From positions 525,634-589,633 of the forward strand of contig CAVXEE010000003.1 of the NCBI GenBank assembly GCA_963760755.1: a DNA stretch of 64,000 nucleotides, read 5' to 3'. Below are positions 53,601-61,776 of the stretch, piece by piece. The notes under the pieces are model-generated. The model saw nothing but the letters and a program-made list of their open reading frames with translations, ran no database searches and was not told the origin of the DNA. The first letter of the stretch is position 1, and every line of letters begins with the position of its first letter. The DNA is from an uncultured Actinomycetes bacterium (GTDB lineage Bacteria; Actinomycetota; Thermoleophilia; Gaiellales; JAICJC01). A program made the translations under genes and the position numbers.

Positions 53601-53679
53601 GTTCCTCGTGCCAGCCGTCTATGCCGCCTCCGGTCGGCGCCCGGCGGCCCGCAGCCACTCCACCGACCCCGCCACATAA
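50611..53679 (+). CDS. RND superfamily efflux permease (CzcA/CusA-like by sequence pattern and context)
   Basis: Track ORF is 50584..53679 and the likely start is MLRWVVDASMRFRLL (50611). 12-TM RND architecture with LPEFAPPSIEVQTEALG, FPNANTLEV and LVDDAV (TM4). Paralogous to the remnant at 54424..57545. Confidence 0.85.
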   Translation: MLRWVVDASMRFRLLVVAVAAGVLVAGVQQSRTMAVDALPEFAPPSIEVQTEALGLSAPEVESLVTLNLEELLNGTPWLRSIHSTSVPGLSSIVLTFEPGTDVLRARQLVQERLTLSFAIPNVAKPPIIIQPLSTTNRVMMVGLSSRTVSPIEMGVLARWNIRPALLAVPGVANVAIWGQRERQLQVQVQPQKLLAADVTLDQIVRTTGNAMWVSPLTFLQASTPGSGGWIDTPQQRLEVRHIFPISTAADLAKVGVDGAAPLRLSDVANVVADHQPLIGDALLGGDEDSMLVIEKFPNANTLEVTRGVDEALAQLQPGLAGIQIDTSVSRPATYIDDSISNLEIALLIGAVLLIACLAALVRGWRSALIAVVAIPLSLAAALLVLDLAGHGANLMIFAGLLVALAVLVDDAVTCSTAAAGGRERLLAARRSVVYVTLVALAPLLPYLFAEDVAQAVAEPLVLAYLLAIIASVVVSVTVTPALALLLRPRTPGAEAGGSPLLRRLEARYTPLVQRVVRAPRPAFGASAAVLVLALVLTPVLPQSLLPSFRDRDLVVRWEAAPGTSEPEMARLTARASDELRAIPGVSHVGAHLGRAVLGDQIVDVNSAELWVTVSGSADYGATVAAVKDAVAGYPGVTQSVSTYLDDRVKQFDTGATHDITVRVFGPAFGTLRATAAHVRDMLTHVDGTADVRMEQPPEQPNIEVEVNLARAKRYGLKPGDVRRAAATMLAGLEVGSLFEEQKVFQVVVWSTPDARSSLTGIKNLLIDTPTGGHVRLEDVADVRISPTPTVIERDAVSRRIDIGVNAHGRDPGAVAADIDRRLAATPMPLEYHAEVVGSYRTAETLHRRMLASGLAAAIAIFLLLQAAFGSWRLAALLTLTLPVSLSGGVLAAVITRADMSLGALAGFLAVLAIAARGGVTVITRAQELERDGGAARAAAVVQAAGERLGATVTTALATAVALVPLIVTGTVPGQEIAQPIAVVVAGGLVTAALVTAFLVPAVYAASGRRPAARSHSTDPAT

Positions 53680-53690
53680 CGGAGGCAGCC

Positions 53691-54413
53691 GTGTCGCGCC
53701 GCACACCCACCATCCTGCTCCTGACCGCGGCGGCGCTCGTGCTGCCCGCATGCGGCTACTCGGCGGCGGCGGACGAGGAGGGCGACGGGCCGGCCAGCGT
53801 CGAGCAGGTCGACGGATCCGACCAGGCCCGGGTCGTCGTGAAGCCGGCCGCCGCGAGGCGGATCGGCCTCGAGACCGCGCCGGTGGCGCTGGGGCAGGTC
53901 GACCGCAACCTGGTCGTGCGGGGGACGGTGGTGGCAGGCGACGGGGGCACGTTATCGGTGCGGGTGGCACTGCCGAGCGCTTCGGCAGGGAGCGTCGATG
54001 CGTCACGTCCGGCGCGCATCCTCGACCTGGGCGGCCGGGCAGGCCTGGTCGCACCGGCGACAGCGCCGCCCTCGGGCCCCGGAGTGCCCGGGGGCGGCGG
54101 CGCGCGCTACTACCGGCTCGCCGGCGCGGGCGCCGGCCTGCACGCGGGCGCGCGGCTGCGGGTGCAGCTCGCGCTGCACGGCAGCGGCCAGCGCAAGACC
54201 GTGCCGTACTCGGCCGTGATCTACTGGATCGACGGCGGCACGTGGGTGTACGCGCGCACCGGGCCGCTCACCTTCATGCGCCGGCCGATCGCAGTCGACG
54301 AGGTCGACGGCGACGTCGCCGTGCTCACGAGCGGCCCGCCCGCGGGAACGCAGATCGTGAGCGTCGGCGGCGAGGAGCTGCTCGGCACCGAGTTCGAGAT
54401 CGAAGGGGAGTGA
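53691..54413 (+). CDS. short lipoprotein resembling an RND periplasmic adaptor (beta-barrel / membrane-proximal parts only)
   Basis: GTG 53691 is preceded by ACGGAGG, and the ORF is the last 240 codons of the artefactual track ORF 50841..54413. Lipobox LVLPAC-G. The C-terminal KTVPYSAVIYWIDGGTWVYART ... RPIAV ... GTQIVSVGGEELLG is adaptor-like. Confidence 0.6.
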   Translation: MSRRTPTILLLTAAALVLPACGYSAAADEEGDGPASVEQVDGSDQARVVVKPAAARRIGLETAPVALGQVDRNLVVRGTVVAGDGGTLSVRVALPSASAGSVDASRPARILDLGGRAGLVAPATAPPSGPGVPGGGGARYYRLAGAGAGLHAGARLRVQLALHGSGQRKTVPYSAVIYWIDGGTWVYARTGPLTFMRRPIAVDEVDGDVAVLTSGPPAGTQIVSVGGEELLGTEFEIEGE

Positions 54414-54423
54414 CCCCGCAGCC

Positions 54424-57400
54424 GTGATGCGCTTCGTCGTCCGGTCGAGCCTGCGCTTCCGCTTCATTGTGGTGGCGCTCGCCGTGGGGATGATGGCGCT
54501 CGGGGCGACGCGTGTGAAGGACATGCCGGTGGACGTGTTCCCCGAGTTCGCACCGCCGTTTGTGGAGGTGCAGATCGAGGGCCTCGGCATGTCCACGCAG
54601 GAGGTCGAGCAGCTGATCACGATCCCGATGGAGCAGTCGCTGAACGGCACGCCCGATCTCGACGTGATGCGGTCGAAGACGGTCCCGGCCTCTCGTCGAT
54701 CACGCTGTTCTTCAAGCGCGGCACCGACAGCCTGGTCGCCCGACAGCTCGTGAAGGAGCGCGTGGCGATCGCGATCCCCGGCCTGCCACGTGGCCGGCAC
54801 CCGTGGGTTCTGCAGCCGCTCTCGGCCACGAGCCGGGTGATCAAGATCGGACTCTCGTCGACCTGCTACAACCTGACCGACCTCTCGATGATCGCCTACT
54901 GGACGATCCGGGCGTCTGATGGCGGTGCCCGGCGTCGCCAACGTGAACATCTGGGGCGACCGCTGGAACCAGCTGCAGGTGCAGGCTCGACCCCGAGAAG
55001 CTGCGCGCCCACCACGTCACGCTCGACGACGGCCATGCCGGTCACATCCGACGCGCTGGACTTCGGCCTGCTCCAGTACACCGACGGCGCGAAGAACCGC
55101 ATCGGCGGGTTCATCGAGACCGCCAACCAGCGACTGGCATCCACCCGTGCGCCAGTTCGTCGAGCCGGCCGAGCTGGCCCAGATGCCGGATAGCGACAGC
55201 CGCAAGGCCGACGGCACGCCGCTGCCGCTCGGCGACGTCGGCACGATGACGTGCCGCCGCTGTTCGGCGACGCGGTCATCAACGACGGCCCCGGCCTGCT
55301 GCTCGTGGTCGAGAAGTTCCCGTGGGCGAACACACTCGAGGTCACCCGCGGCGTCGAGCGGCGCTGATGAGATGCGCCCCGGGCTACACGGGCATCCACA
55401 TCGACCCCACATCTTCCGGCCGGCCGACTTCATCGAGCAGTCGATCGACAATCTGCCCGAGGCGCTGTTGTTCGGCTGCCTGCTGGTCTGGTCGTGCTCG
55501 TCCGCGTTCCTGTTCGAGTGGCGAACGGCACTCATCAGTCTGGTGGCGATCCCGCTGTCGCTGGTCGCGGGGGCGGTGGTGCTGCAGGTGCGGGCGCGAC
55601 GATCAACACGATGATCCTGGCCGGGTTCGTGATCGCGATCGGAGTGGTCGTCGACGACGCGATCATCGACGTCGAGAATATCGTGCGCCGATTACGCCAG
55701 CATCGCGGCGACGGGCAGCCGCGCCACGTCCGTCGGCGGTCGTCCTCGAGGCGTCGCTCGAGGTGCGCCAGGCCATCGTCTACGCCACGCTGATCGTCGC
55801 GGTGGTGCTGATGCCGGTGTTCTTCATGGGCGGCGTGTCGGCCGCGTTCTTCCGGCCGCTGGCGGTGTCCTACGGCCTGGCCGTCCTGGCGTCGATGGTG
55901 GTCGCGCTCACGGTCACGCCGGTGTGCGTCTGTTGCTGCTCTCGAAGGTGCAGCTCGAGCAGCGGCGATCGCCGCTGGTGCAGTGGCTGCAGCGGGTTTA
56001 CGGGTCGTGCTGGCCACATCATCCGCCGGCCGCGACCGTGTCTGGTCGCGACGGCGGTGCTGGTGGGCATCGTGGTGCTGCCCGGCCCTGGGCGAGTCGC
56101 TGTTCCCGGACTTCAAGGAGCGGGACTTCCTGATGCACTTCGTGAACAAGCCCGGCACGGGCGGATCAGGAGGATGATGCGCATCACCGAGCGCGTCAGC
56201 CGCGAGTTCGCGCGCCATCCCGGGCGTGCGCAACTTCGGCTCCCACATCGGCCAGGCCGTCTGGCGAGGAGATCAACGGCGTCAACTTCGCCGAGGACTG
56301 GATCAGCCTCGACCCCAAGGCCGACTACGCGAAGACGCTCGACCGGATCGCGGGTGGTCGCCGCATACCCGGGCATCTTCCGTCGAACGTCGACGACGTA
56401 CCTGAACGAGCGCATCGACGAGGTGCTCGCCGGGTCGAGCGACGCGGTCGACCGTGCGCATCTTCGGTCACGACCTGAACGTCCTTCGCGACGAGGCAGC
56501 GGAGGTGCACGACGCTCTGCGCGGGATCCCGGGCGTCGTCGACCTGCGCACCGAGCTCCAGGTCGAGGTGCCCTTCAGTCAGCGTCAAGCCCGACCTCGA
56601 GAAGGCGGCCCCGTACGGCTTAAGCCCGGCGACATCCGCCGCGACGCGGCCACGATCGTCGCCGGCGAGGAGGTCTCCGACCTGCATTTCGGAACGACAA
56701 GGTCTACGACGTGATCGTCGTGGAGCACGCCGAGCGCGCGCCGCGACGTGCAGAGCATCCGCGATCTGCTCCTGGACACGCCGAGCGGTGGCCACGTGCG
56801 CCTGGCCGACGTCGCCGACGTGCACATCGGCTCGACGCCGAACCAGATCTCGCGCGAGGACGACTCGCGCCGCATCGACGTCGGCCTGAACGTGAAGGGC
56901 CGCGACCTCGGCGCCGTCGTGCACGACGTGAACGAGCGCCTCGGCGAGCTGGGCTTCCCGCGCGAGCTACCACGCCGAGGTGCTCGGCGAGTTCGCCGAG
57001 CGCCAGGCGGCCGCAGGGCGCATCTTCGTCGTTCGGGATCGCCGCGGCGATCGGGATCTTCCTGCTGCTGCAGACGTGCGTCGGCAGCTGGCGGGTGGCG
57101 ACGTTCTCGTTCCTGACGCTGCCGCTCGCGCTCGTCGGCGGCCTGCTCGCTGCCTTCGCGACCGGCGGCCTCGATCTCTCTCGGCTCGCTGGTCGGCTTC
57201 CTGACGGTGTTCGGCATCGCGGCCCGCAACGGCATCCTGCTCATCAACCACTACCAGCACCTCGAGCGCGAGGAGGGCGAGCCCTTCGGCGCCGGGCTCG
57301 TGCTGCGCGGCTCGCGCGAGCGCCTGGCGCCGATCCTGATGACCGCGCTCGCGACCGGCCTCGCGCTCGTGCCGCTCGTGATCTCGGGCGAGATCCCCGG

Positions 57401-57545
57401 GGCCGAGATCGAGTATCCGATGGCGATTGTGATCCTCGGCGGCCTGGTCACCTCGACGCTCCTGAACCTGTTCCTCGTGCCGGCGCTCTACCTGCGCACG
57501 CGCCGCCCCAGCGCCTCGGCGATCGACCCCCAGCCCGCCTCGTAG
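54424..57545 (+). pseudogene. RND efflux permease remnant broken by at least 20 frameshifts
   Basis: Track fragments 54424..54753, 54750..55193, 54919..55614, 55494..55793, 55322..56623, 55924..56133, 55983..56177, 56454..56714, 56748..57116 and 57207..57545 each carry RND segments. Examples are [31 protein letters not shown] and [18 protein letters not shown]. They are collinear with 50611..53679 but hop between frames. Confidence 0.85.
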
Positions 57546-57913
57546 GACGAGAGCCACTCCCGCGGCAGGCGGGTGTGGGTGATCGTCATGCGCGTCTCGG
57601 CCTCGCCGTACGGCTCGAGGGCGACCGTGACCACGCTGTCGAAGCCGGCCCGCAGCGGCCGCCAGCTGAAGCTGATGCGGTGCGGCCGGTCGAGCACGAG
57701 GTACTCACCCTCGATCTCGGTGGTGCGGTCGGGGAAGGTCATCACGATCCGCAGGCGCCCGCCGACGCGCGGGTCGAGCTCGACCGCCGCCGTCCCCTGC
57801 GGCGCGATGAAGCGGGCCAGGACGGCCGGATCGACCCAGGCCGCGTAGGCCTCGGCGGGCGAGGCCTCGAGGACGCACTCGACGCGCGCGGTGGCGAGGT
57901 CGTCCGCCGTCAC
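57488..57913 (-). CDS. SRPBCC / AHSA1-domain protein
   Basis: 141 aa. [19 protein letters not shown] and [16 protein letters not shown]-type overlap with the upstream arsR. Confidence 0.7.
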   Translation of the reverse strand: MTADDLATARVECVLEASPAEAYAAWVDPAVLARFIAPQGTAAVELDPRVGGRLRIVMTFPDRTTEIEGEYLVLDRPHRISFSWRPLRAGFDSVVTVALEPYGEAETRMTITHTRLPREWLSSYEAGWGSIAEALGRRVRR

Positions 57914-58251
57914 GCGCGCTTCTCGGCCAGCTGCTCGGCCAGGGCGTCGGCGCGCAGGCCCCAGAACGCGGTCTGCTGCGCGATCCAGCGCTCGGCGTCG
58001 GTGAGCGCCCCGGCGCGCACCGTCAGCCAGTGCTCGCGCCCGCGCACGTGACGCTCGATCAGCCCCGCACGCTCGAGCACCGAGACGTGCCGGGCGACGG
58101 CGGCAAACGACATCGGCAGCGGCGCGGCCAGGTCGGTGATGCGGGCGGCGCCGGCGTCGAGCTGCGCCAGCAGCCTCCGCCGGGTGGCATCGCCCAGGGC
58201 GCGGTAGACACGGTCGAGCGTGGCGGTATCCTCAACCATCCGGTTGAACAT
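57910..58251 (-). CDS. ArsR/SmtB family transcriptional regulator
   Basis: LDRVYRALGDATRRRLLAQL ... ITDLAAPLPMSFAAVARHVSVLERAGLI. ATG 58251 is chosen; the track uses TTG 58257 and ATG 58239 is also possible. Confidence 0.8.
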   Translation of the reverse strand: MFNRMVEDTATLDRVYRALGDATRRRLLAQLDAGAARITDLAAPLPMSFAAVARHVSVLERAGLIERHVRGREHWLTVRAGALTDAERWIAQQTAFWGLRADALAEQLAEKRA

Positions 58252-58287
58252 TACCAAGCGGCGTGATATTTAACCCTGATGTTGAAC
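58243..58287. promoter_or_regulatory. divergent arsR / DUF899 control region: two GTTGAAC boxes and a TTGAAC-17-TATTTA promoter
   Basis: GTTGAAC occurs at 58243..58249 and 58281..58287. The -35 is at 58244..58249 and the -10 at 58267..58272. The DUF899 ATG at 58279 is 6 nt after the -10, so the transcript looks leaderless. Confidence 0.4.
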
Positions 58288-58986
58288 GACTCCGCACACA
58301 CCGTCGTCCCGCACGGGGACTGGATCGCCGCCCGCACCGCCCTGCTCGCGAAGGAGAAGGAGTTCACCCGCCTGCGCGACGAGCTCTCGCAGGCCCGCCG
58401 CGACCTGCCGTGGGAGGAGGTCACCAAGGAGTACGTGCTCACCGGGCCGGACGGCCCCGAGACGCTCGCGGACCTCTTCGCCGGCCGCAGTCAGCTGATC
58501 GTCTACCACTTCATGTACCCCGAGGACTGGGACGACGGCTGCAGCCACTGCTCGTTCTGGGCCGACAACTTCGACCCGATCATCGTGCACCTGAACGCGA
58601 ACGACGTGTCGATGGTCGCCGTGTCCATCTCCCCCATCGCAAAGCTCGAGGCCTATCGCAAGCGCATGGGCTGGAGCTTCCACTGGGCCTCGGCGCACGG
58701 CAGCGACTTCAGTCGCGATTGCGGCGTCTCGTTCACGCCGGAGGAGCTCGCGGGCGAGGTCGTCTTCAACTACCGGCCCCAGCAGGTCGGGATCAGCGAG
58801 CGCGAGGGCATGAGCGTCTTCTTCAAGGACGCCGACGGCCGCATCTTCCACACCTACTCCGCCTATGCGCGCGGCATCGACATGTTCAACACCGCCTACC
58901 ACTACCTCGACACCGTGCCGCTCGGCCGCCGGGAGGACGAGGGCCGCGGCAACCAGTGGTGGGTGAAGCGGCACGACGAGTACTGA
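58279..58986 (+). CDS. DUF899 thioredoxin-fold protein
   Basis: 235 aa. WIAARTALLAKEKEFTRLRDELSQARRDLPW, LIVYHFMY, CSHCSFWADNF and FHTYS match DUF899 as I recall it. Confidence 0.75.
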   Translation: MLNDSAHTVVPHGDWIAARTALLAKEKEFTRLRDELSQARRDLPWEEVTKEYVLTGPDGPETLADLFAGRSQLIVYHFMYPEDWDDGCSHCSFWADNFDPIIVHLNANDVSMVAVSISPIAKLEAYRKRMGWSFHWASAHGSDFSRDCGVSFTPEELAGEVVFNYRPQQVGISEREGMSVFFKDADGRIFHTYSAYARGIDMFNTAYHYLDTVPLGRREDEGRGNQWWVKRHDEY

Positions 58987-59050
58987 GCGGGTGTAAGCGG
59001 CGCGCGCCGTCCCGCGACCTCTGCGGTATGTGCCCTAGCATCTGCCCATC

Positions 59051-59644
59051 GTGGGCACCGGCAGGCCACTCTCGCATGAGGAGCTCGAGCGCATGTCCGA
59101 CGCGGCGCTCGTCGCCCGCGCCCGCGCCCGCGAGCTCTACGGCACGGGCGAGCCCGGCCACGAGACGGCCAGACGCTGCGTCGCCCTCGTCTACGAGCGC
59201 CACCGCAACCTCGTGCGGGCCACCATCGCGTCCAGGGTGCCGCTGCAGGCGGTCGACGACCTGGAGGGCGAGGTGTACCTGCGGTTCGTGCGCACGGTCT
59301 ACCTGCGGCGCAGGCCGATCGACGTCCCGGCCGGGCTGCTCGTGATCATGGCGCGCCGGGTCGTCGCCACCTTCCACGACCGGCGCAAGCCGACGCCCGC
59401 CTCGCTCGACGAGCTCGACGACGTCGCGGCCGGCGAGGACGGGTATGACGAATTGGCGGCGGCAGAGGTTGCCGAACAGCTGCTGTCCGTCCTCTCCGAC
59501 CGCCAGCGGGAGGTCGTGTGGGGGCGGCTGTGGCAGGGACTCACGAGCGCCGAGGTCGCACAGCGCCTGGAGACGACGCCCGGCAACGTCGATGTGATCT
59601 TCTTCCGGGCGATGCGGCGGCTACGCGAGGAGCTCGAGCGGTGA
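59051..59644 (+). CDS. sigma-70 family (ECF-like) RNA polymerase sigma factor
   Basis: 197 aa with a GTG start (ATG 59093 is the alternative). Region 2-like VYERHRNLVRATI ... DDLEGEVYLRF and region 4 LSDRQREVVWGRLWQGLTSAEVAQRLETTPGNVDVIFFRAMRRLRE. Confidence 0.75.
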   Translation: MGTGRPLSHEELERMSDAALVARARARELYGTGEPGHETARRCVALVYERHRNLVRATIASRVPLQAVDDLEGEVYLRFVRTVYLRRRPIDVPAGLLVIMARRVVATFHDRRKPTPASLDELDDVAAGEDGYDELAAAEVAEQLLSVLSDRQREVVWGRLWQGLTSAEVAQRLETTPGNVDVIFFRAMRRLREELER

Positions 59645-60237
59645 GCGCGGAGCGCGGCTTCGCCGACTTCACGGCCGCGTGGGAGCGCGGCGAGCGGCCC
59701 GACCCGGCGGCGGCGATCGCCGCGGCGCCCGCGGGCGAGCGCGAGCCGCTCGCGGCGATGATCGCCGCCTACCTGGCCGCGCACCCCCGCACCGACGTCT
59801 CCGCCGCCGAGGTGGCCGCGCGCGCCGCCGATCCCGCGAGCGCGCCGCCGGTCGCGTGGCCGGAGCTGCTGCCGGCCCTGCGCGAGCGCACCGGCACGAC
59901 CAGGGGAGTGCTCGTGACCGAGCTGGCCGCAGCGCTCGGACACCCCGAGGCGCACGCGCAGGTCGAGGAGCACGTTCACGGCCTCGAGACCGGACAGCTG
60001 CCGGCCCGGCGCGTGCGCCCGCCGGTGGTCGCCGCGCTCGCGCGCATCCTGCACGTCCCCGAGGCGGTGCTCGAGCTGGGCCGGCGGATGCCGCCGCAGC
60101 GGCCGGCGTTCGACCTGGCCGCGCCGATGTTCCAGCGCCAGGCGCCGCTCGGCGCTCCCGAGCCGGCCGCGGCGGCGCCTGAGCCGGCCGAGCGGGTGGC
60201 GGCGATCGACGACCTCTTCACCGGCGCCGATGGATGA
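59641..60237 (+). CDS. XRE-type helix-turn-helix protein with Ala/Pro-rich flanks
   Basis: GTG 59641 overlaps the sigma stop (GTGA), within track ORF 59518..60237. HTH-like LRERTGTTRGVLVTELAAALG ... VEEHVHGLETGQLP ... VVAALARILHV. Confidence 0.6.
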   Translation: MSAERGFADFTAAWERGERPDPAAAIAAAPAGEREPLAAMIAAYLAAHPRTDVSAAEVAARAADPASAPPVAWPELLPALRERTGTTRGVLVTELAAALGHPEAHAQVEEHVHGLETGQLPARRVRPPVVAALARILHVPEAVLELGRRMPPQRPAFDLAAPMFQRQAPLGAPEPAAAAPEPAERVAAIDDLFTGADG

Positions 60238-60774
60238 GATCGCGGCGGCCCGGGCGGCGCTCGCACGGTTCACGACCACATACCGCGCCTCCGTCCCGCC
60301 CGTCGACGTCGAGGAGCTCGCTGCGAGCCTGTGCCGCCTGCGCGTGTGCGACGCCGACGACCTGTGCCCGATCGCGGGCATCGCGCCGCCGACGCCGCTC
60401 TCGGGCCTGCTGCTGCCGGCGCGGTGGGAGATCTGGGTGCGCCGCGGCGGCGCTTCACCGTCGCGCACGAGGTCGGCCACCACCTGCTGCACTCCGACGG
60501 GGCGGCGGTGCTGTGCCGGCCGGCCGACGTCGAGACCGCCGCAGGCCACGAGCGGACGCGCGAGCGCGAGGCAAACCGCTTCGCCGCCGAGCTCTTGATG
60601 CCCGAGCCGCTCGTGCGCGATGCGGCCGACCGGGACGGGCCTGACCCGATCGCGCTCGCGGAGCGCTTCGGCGTCTCCGACGTCGCCATGGGCTTTCGCC
60701 TGGTCACGCTCCGCTACCTGGAGGCGCTCCCGGTCGCGCTCCAGGCCGAGGTCGACCGCTGGCGGGGCATGTAA
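60230..60774 (+). CDS. ImmA/IrrE (COG2856) HEXXH zinc metallopeptidase with an apparent frameshift at about 60434-60456
   Basis: Track ORF 60230..60598 gives the N-terminal VDVEELAASLCRLRV ... LSGLLLPARWEIWV. Track ORF 60331..60774 gives RRRFTVAHEVGHHLLH ... EREANRFAAELLMP. Together they make a normal ImmA protein. Confidence 0.7.
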
Positions 60775-60829
60775 GGACTGGGCCTCCGGCGCGGACGTCT
60801 CCTGCACACGAACGAGGAGACGCCGCACC

Positions 60830-61714
60830 ATGCCGATGCCGCTGCCCGCCCAGCTCGACGAGCCCACCATCCACCGGGGGATCGCGGTCGTGCCGCTCTT
60901 CCCGCGCCGCGACCCGGTCGCGGCCTACACGACGCTCGACCCGGCGCTCCGACGCGGCCTGCGCATCACCGAGACGAGCGCGGCCGGCAGCGTGCCCGAG
61001 CTCGTGGTCGCAAACCCGCTCGACGAGTGGGTGCTGCTCTACGACGGCGAGGAGCTCGTCGGCGCCAAGCAGAACCGCATCCTCAACCTGACCGTGCTCG
61101 TGGCGGCCGGCTCCGTGACGCCGATCCCGGTGAGCTGCGTCGAGGCGGGCCGCTGGGATCGCCGCTCGCAGGCGTTCGCCGCCGCCCGCCACACCGCGGG
61201 GCCAGGGCTTCGGCTGCGCAAGGCGCGGGCGCTGGGCGCAGACGCGCTCGAGCGCGGCCGCGGCCAGCACGAGGTGTGGGACGCGGTGGCCGAGCAGGCA
61301 ACCCGGCGCGGCGTCGCCTCGCCGACCGCCGCGCACGCCGACATGTTCGCCCAGCACGAGGGGACGCTGGCCGAGCTGCGCGAGGCCTTCCCGGCCAGGC
61401 CGGGGCAGTGCGGCGTGATCCTCGTCCTGCCCGACGGCCATGTGTGCCTCGACTACCTGTCGCGGCCCGACGCCTACGCCGAGCACCACCGCAAGCTCGT
61501 CGACGGCTACCTCATGGACGCGCTCGACCAGCTCGATCTGCCCGCGGCCGGCATCGAGCCGGCGAACCGGCTGCTGCACCGGCTCTCGCTCGTGCCGCTC
61601 ACGCGGAGCCCGTCAGCGGGCCTCGGCATCGACCTGCGCGCCCAGACGAAGAGCGTCTCTGCGACCGGTCTCGAGCACGAGGGCGAGCTGCTGCAGCTCT
61701 CGGCATACGCCTGA
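60830..61714 (+). CDS. DUF6569 / ARPP-1-like protein (assignment from memory)
   Basis: ATG 60830 is preceded by ACGAGGAGA, within track ORF 60620..61714. HRGIAVVPLF, LRITETSAAGSVPELVVANP, VLLYDGEELVGAKQNRILNLTVLV and IPVSCVEAGRW. Confidence 0.55.
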   Translation: MPMPLPAQLDEPTIHRGIAVVPLFPRRDPVAAYTTLDPALRRGLRITETSAAGSVPELVVANPLDEWVLLYDGEELVGAKQNRILNLTVLVAAGSVTPIPVSCVEAGRWDRRSQAFAAARHTAGPGLRLRKARALGADALERGRGQHEVWDAVAEQATRRGVASPTAAHADMFAQHEGTLAELREAFPARPGQCGVILVLPDGHVCLDYLSRPDAYAEHHRKLVDGYLMDALDQLDLPAAGIEPANRLLHRLSLVPLTRSPSAGLGIDLRAQTKSVSATGLEHEGELLQLSAYA

Positions 61715-61776
61715 GCAGGGGTTTCTGATAACCCGTCATGCTGAGCCCGGGCCGATGCTAGAGTCTGGCCCCTCTC

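Noticed and set aside
50841-54413. 1190-aa plus-strand ORF in the track
   Set aside because: It is out of frame with the genuine RND gene over 50841-53679 (Arg/Ala/Pro junk). Only its last 240 codons, from GTG 53691 with an RBS and lipobox, look real.
54424-57545. Programmed ribosomal frameshifting or recoding in the second RND gene
   Set aside because: At least 20 shifts in both directions with no recurring slippery motif cannot be programmed. Decay or sequence error is the sensible reading.
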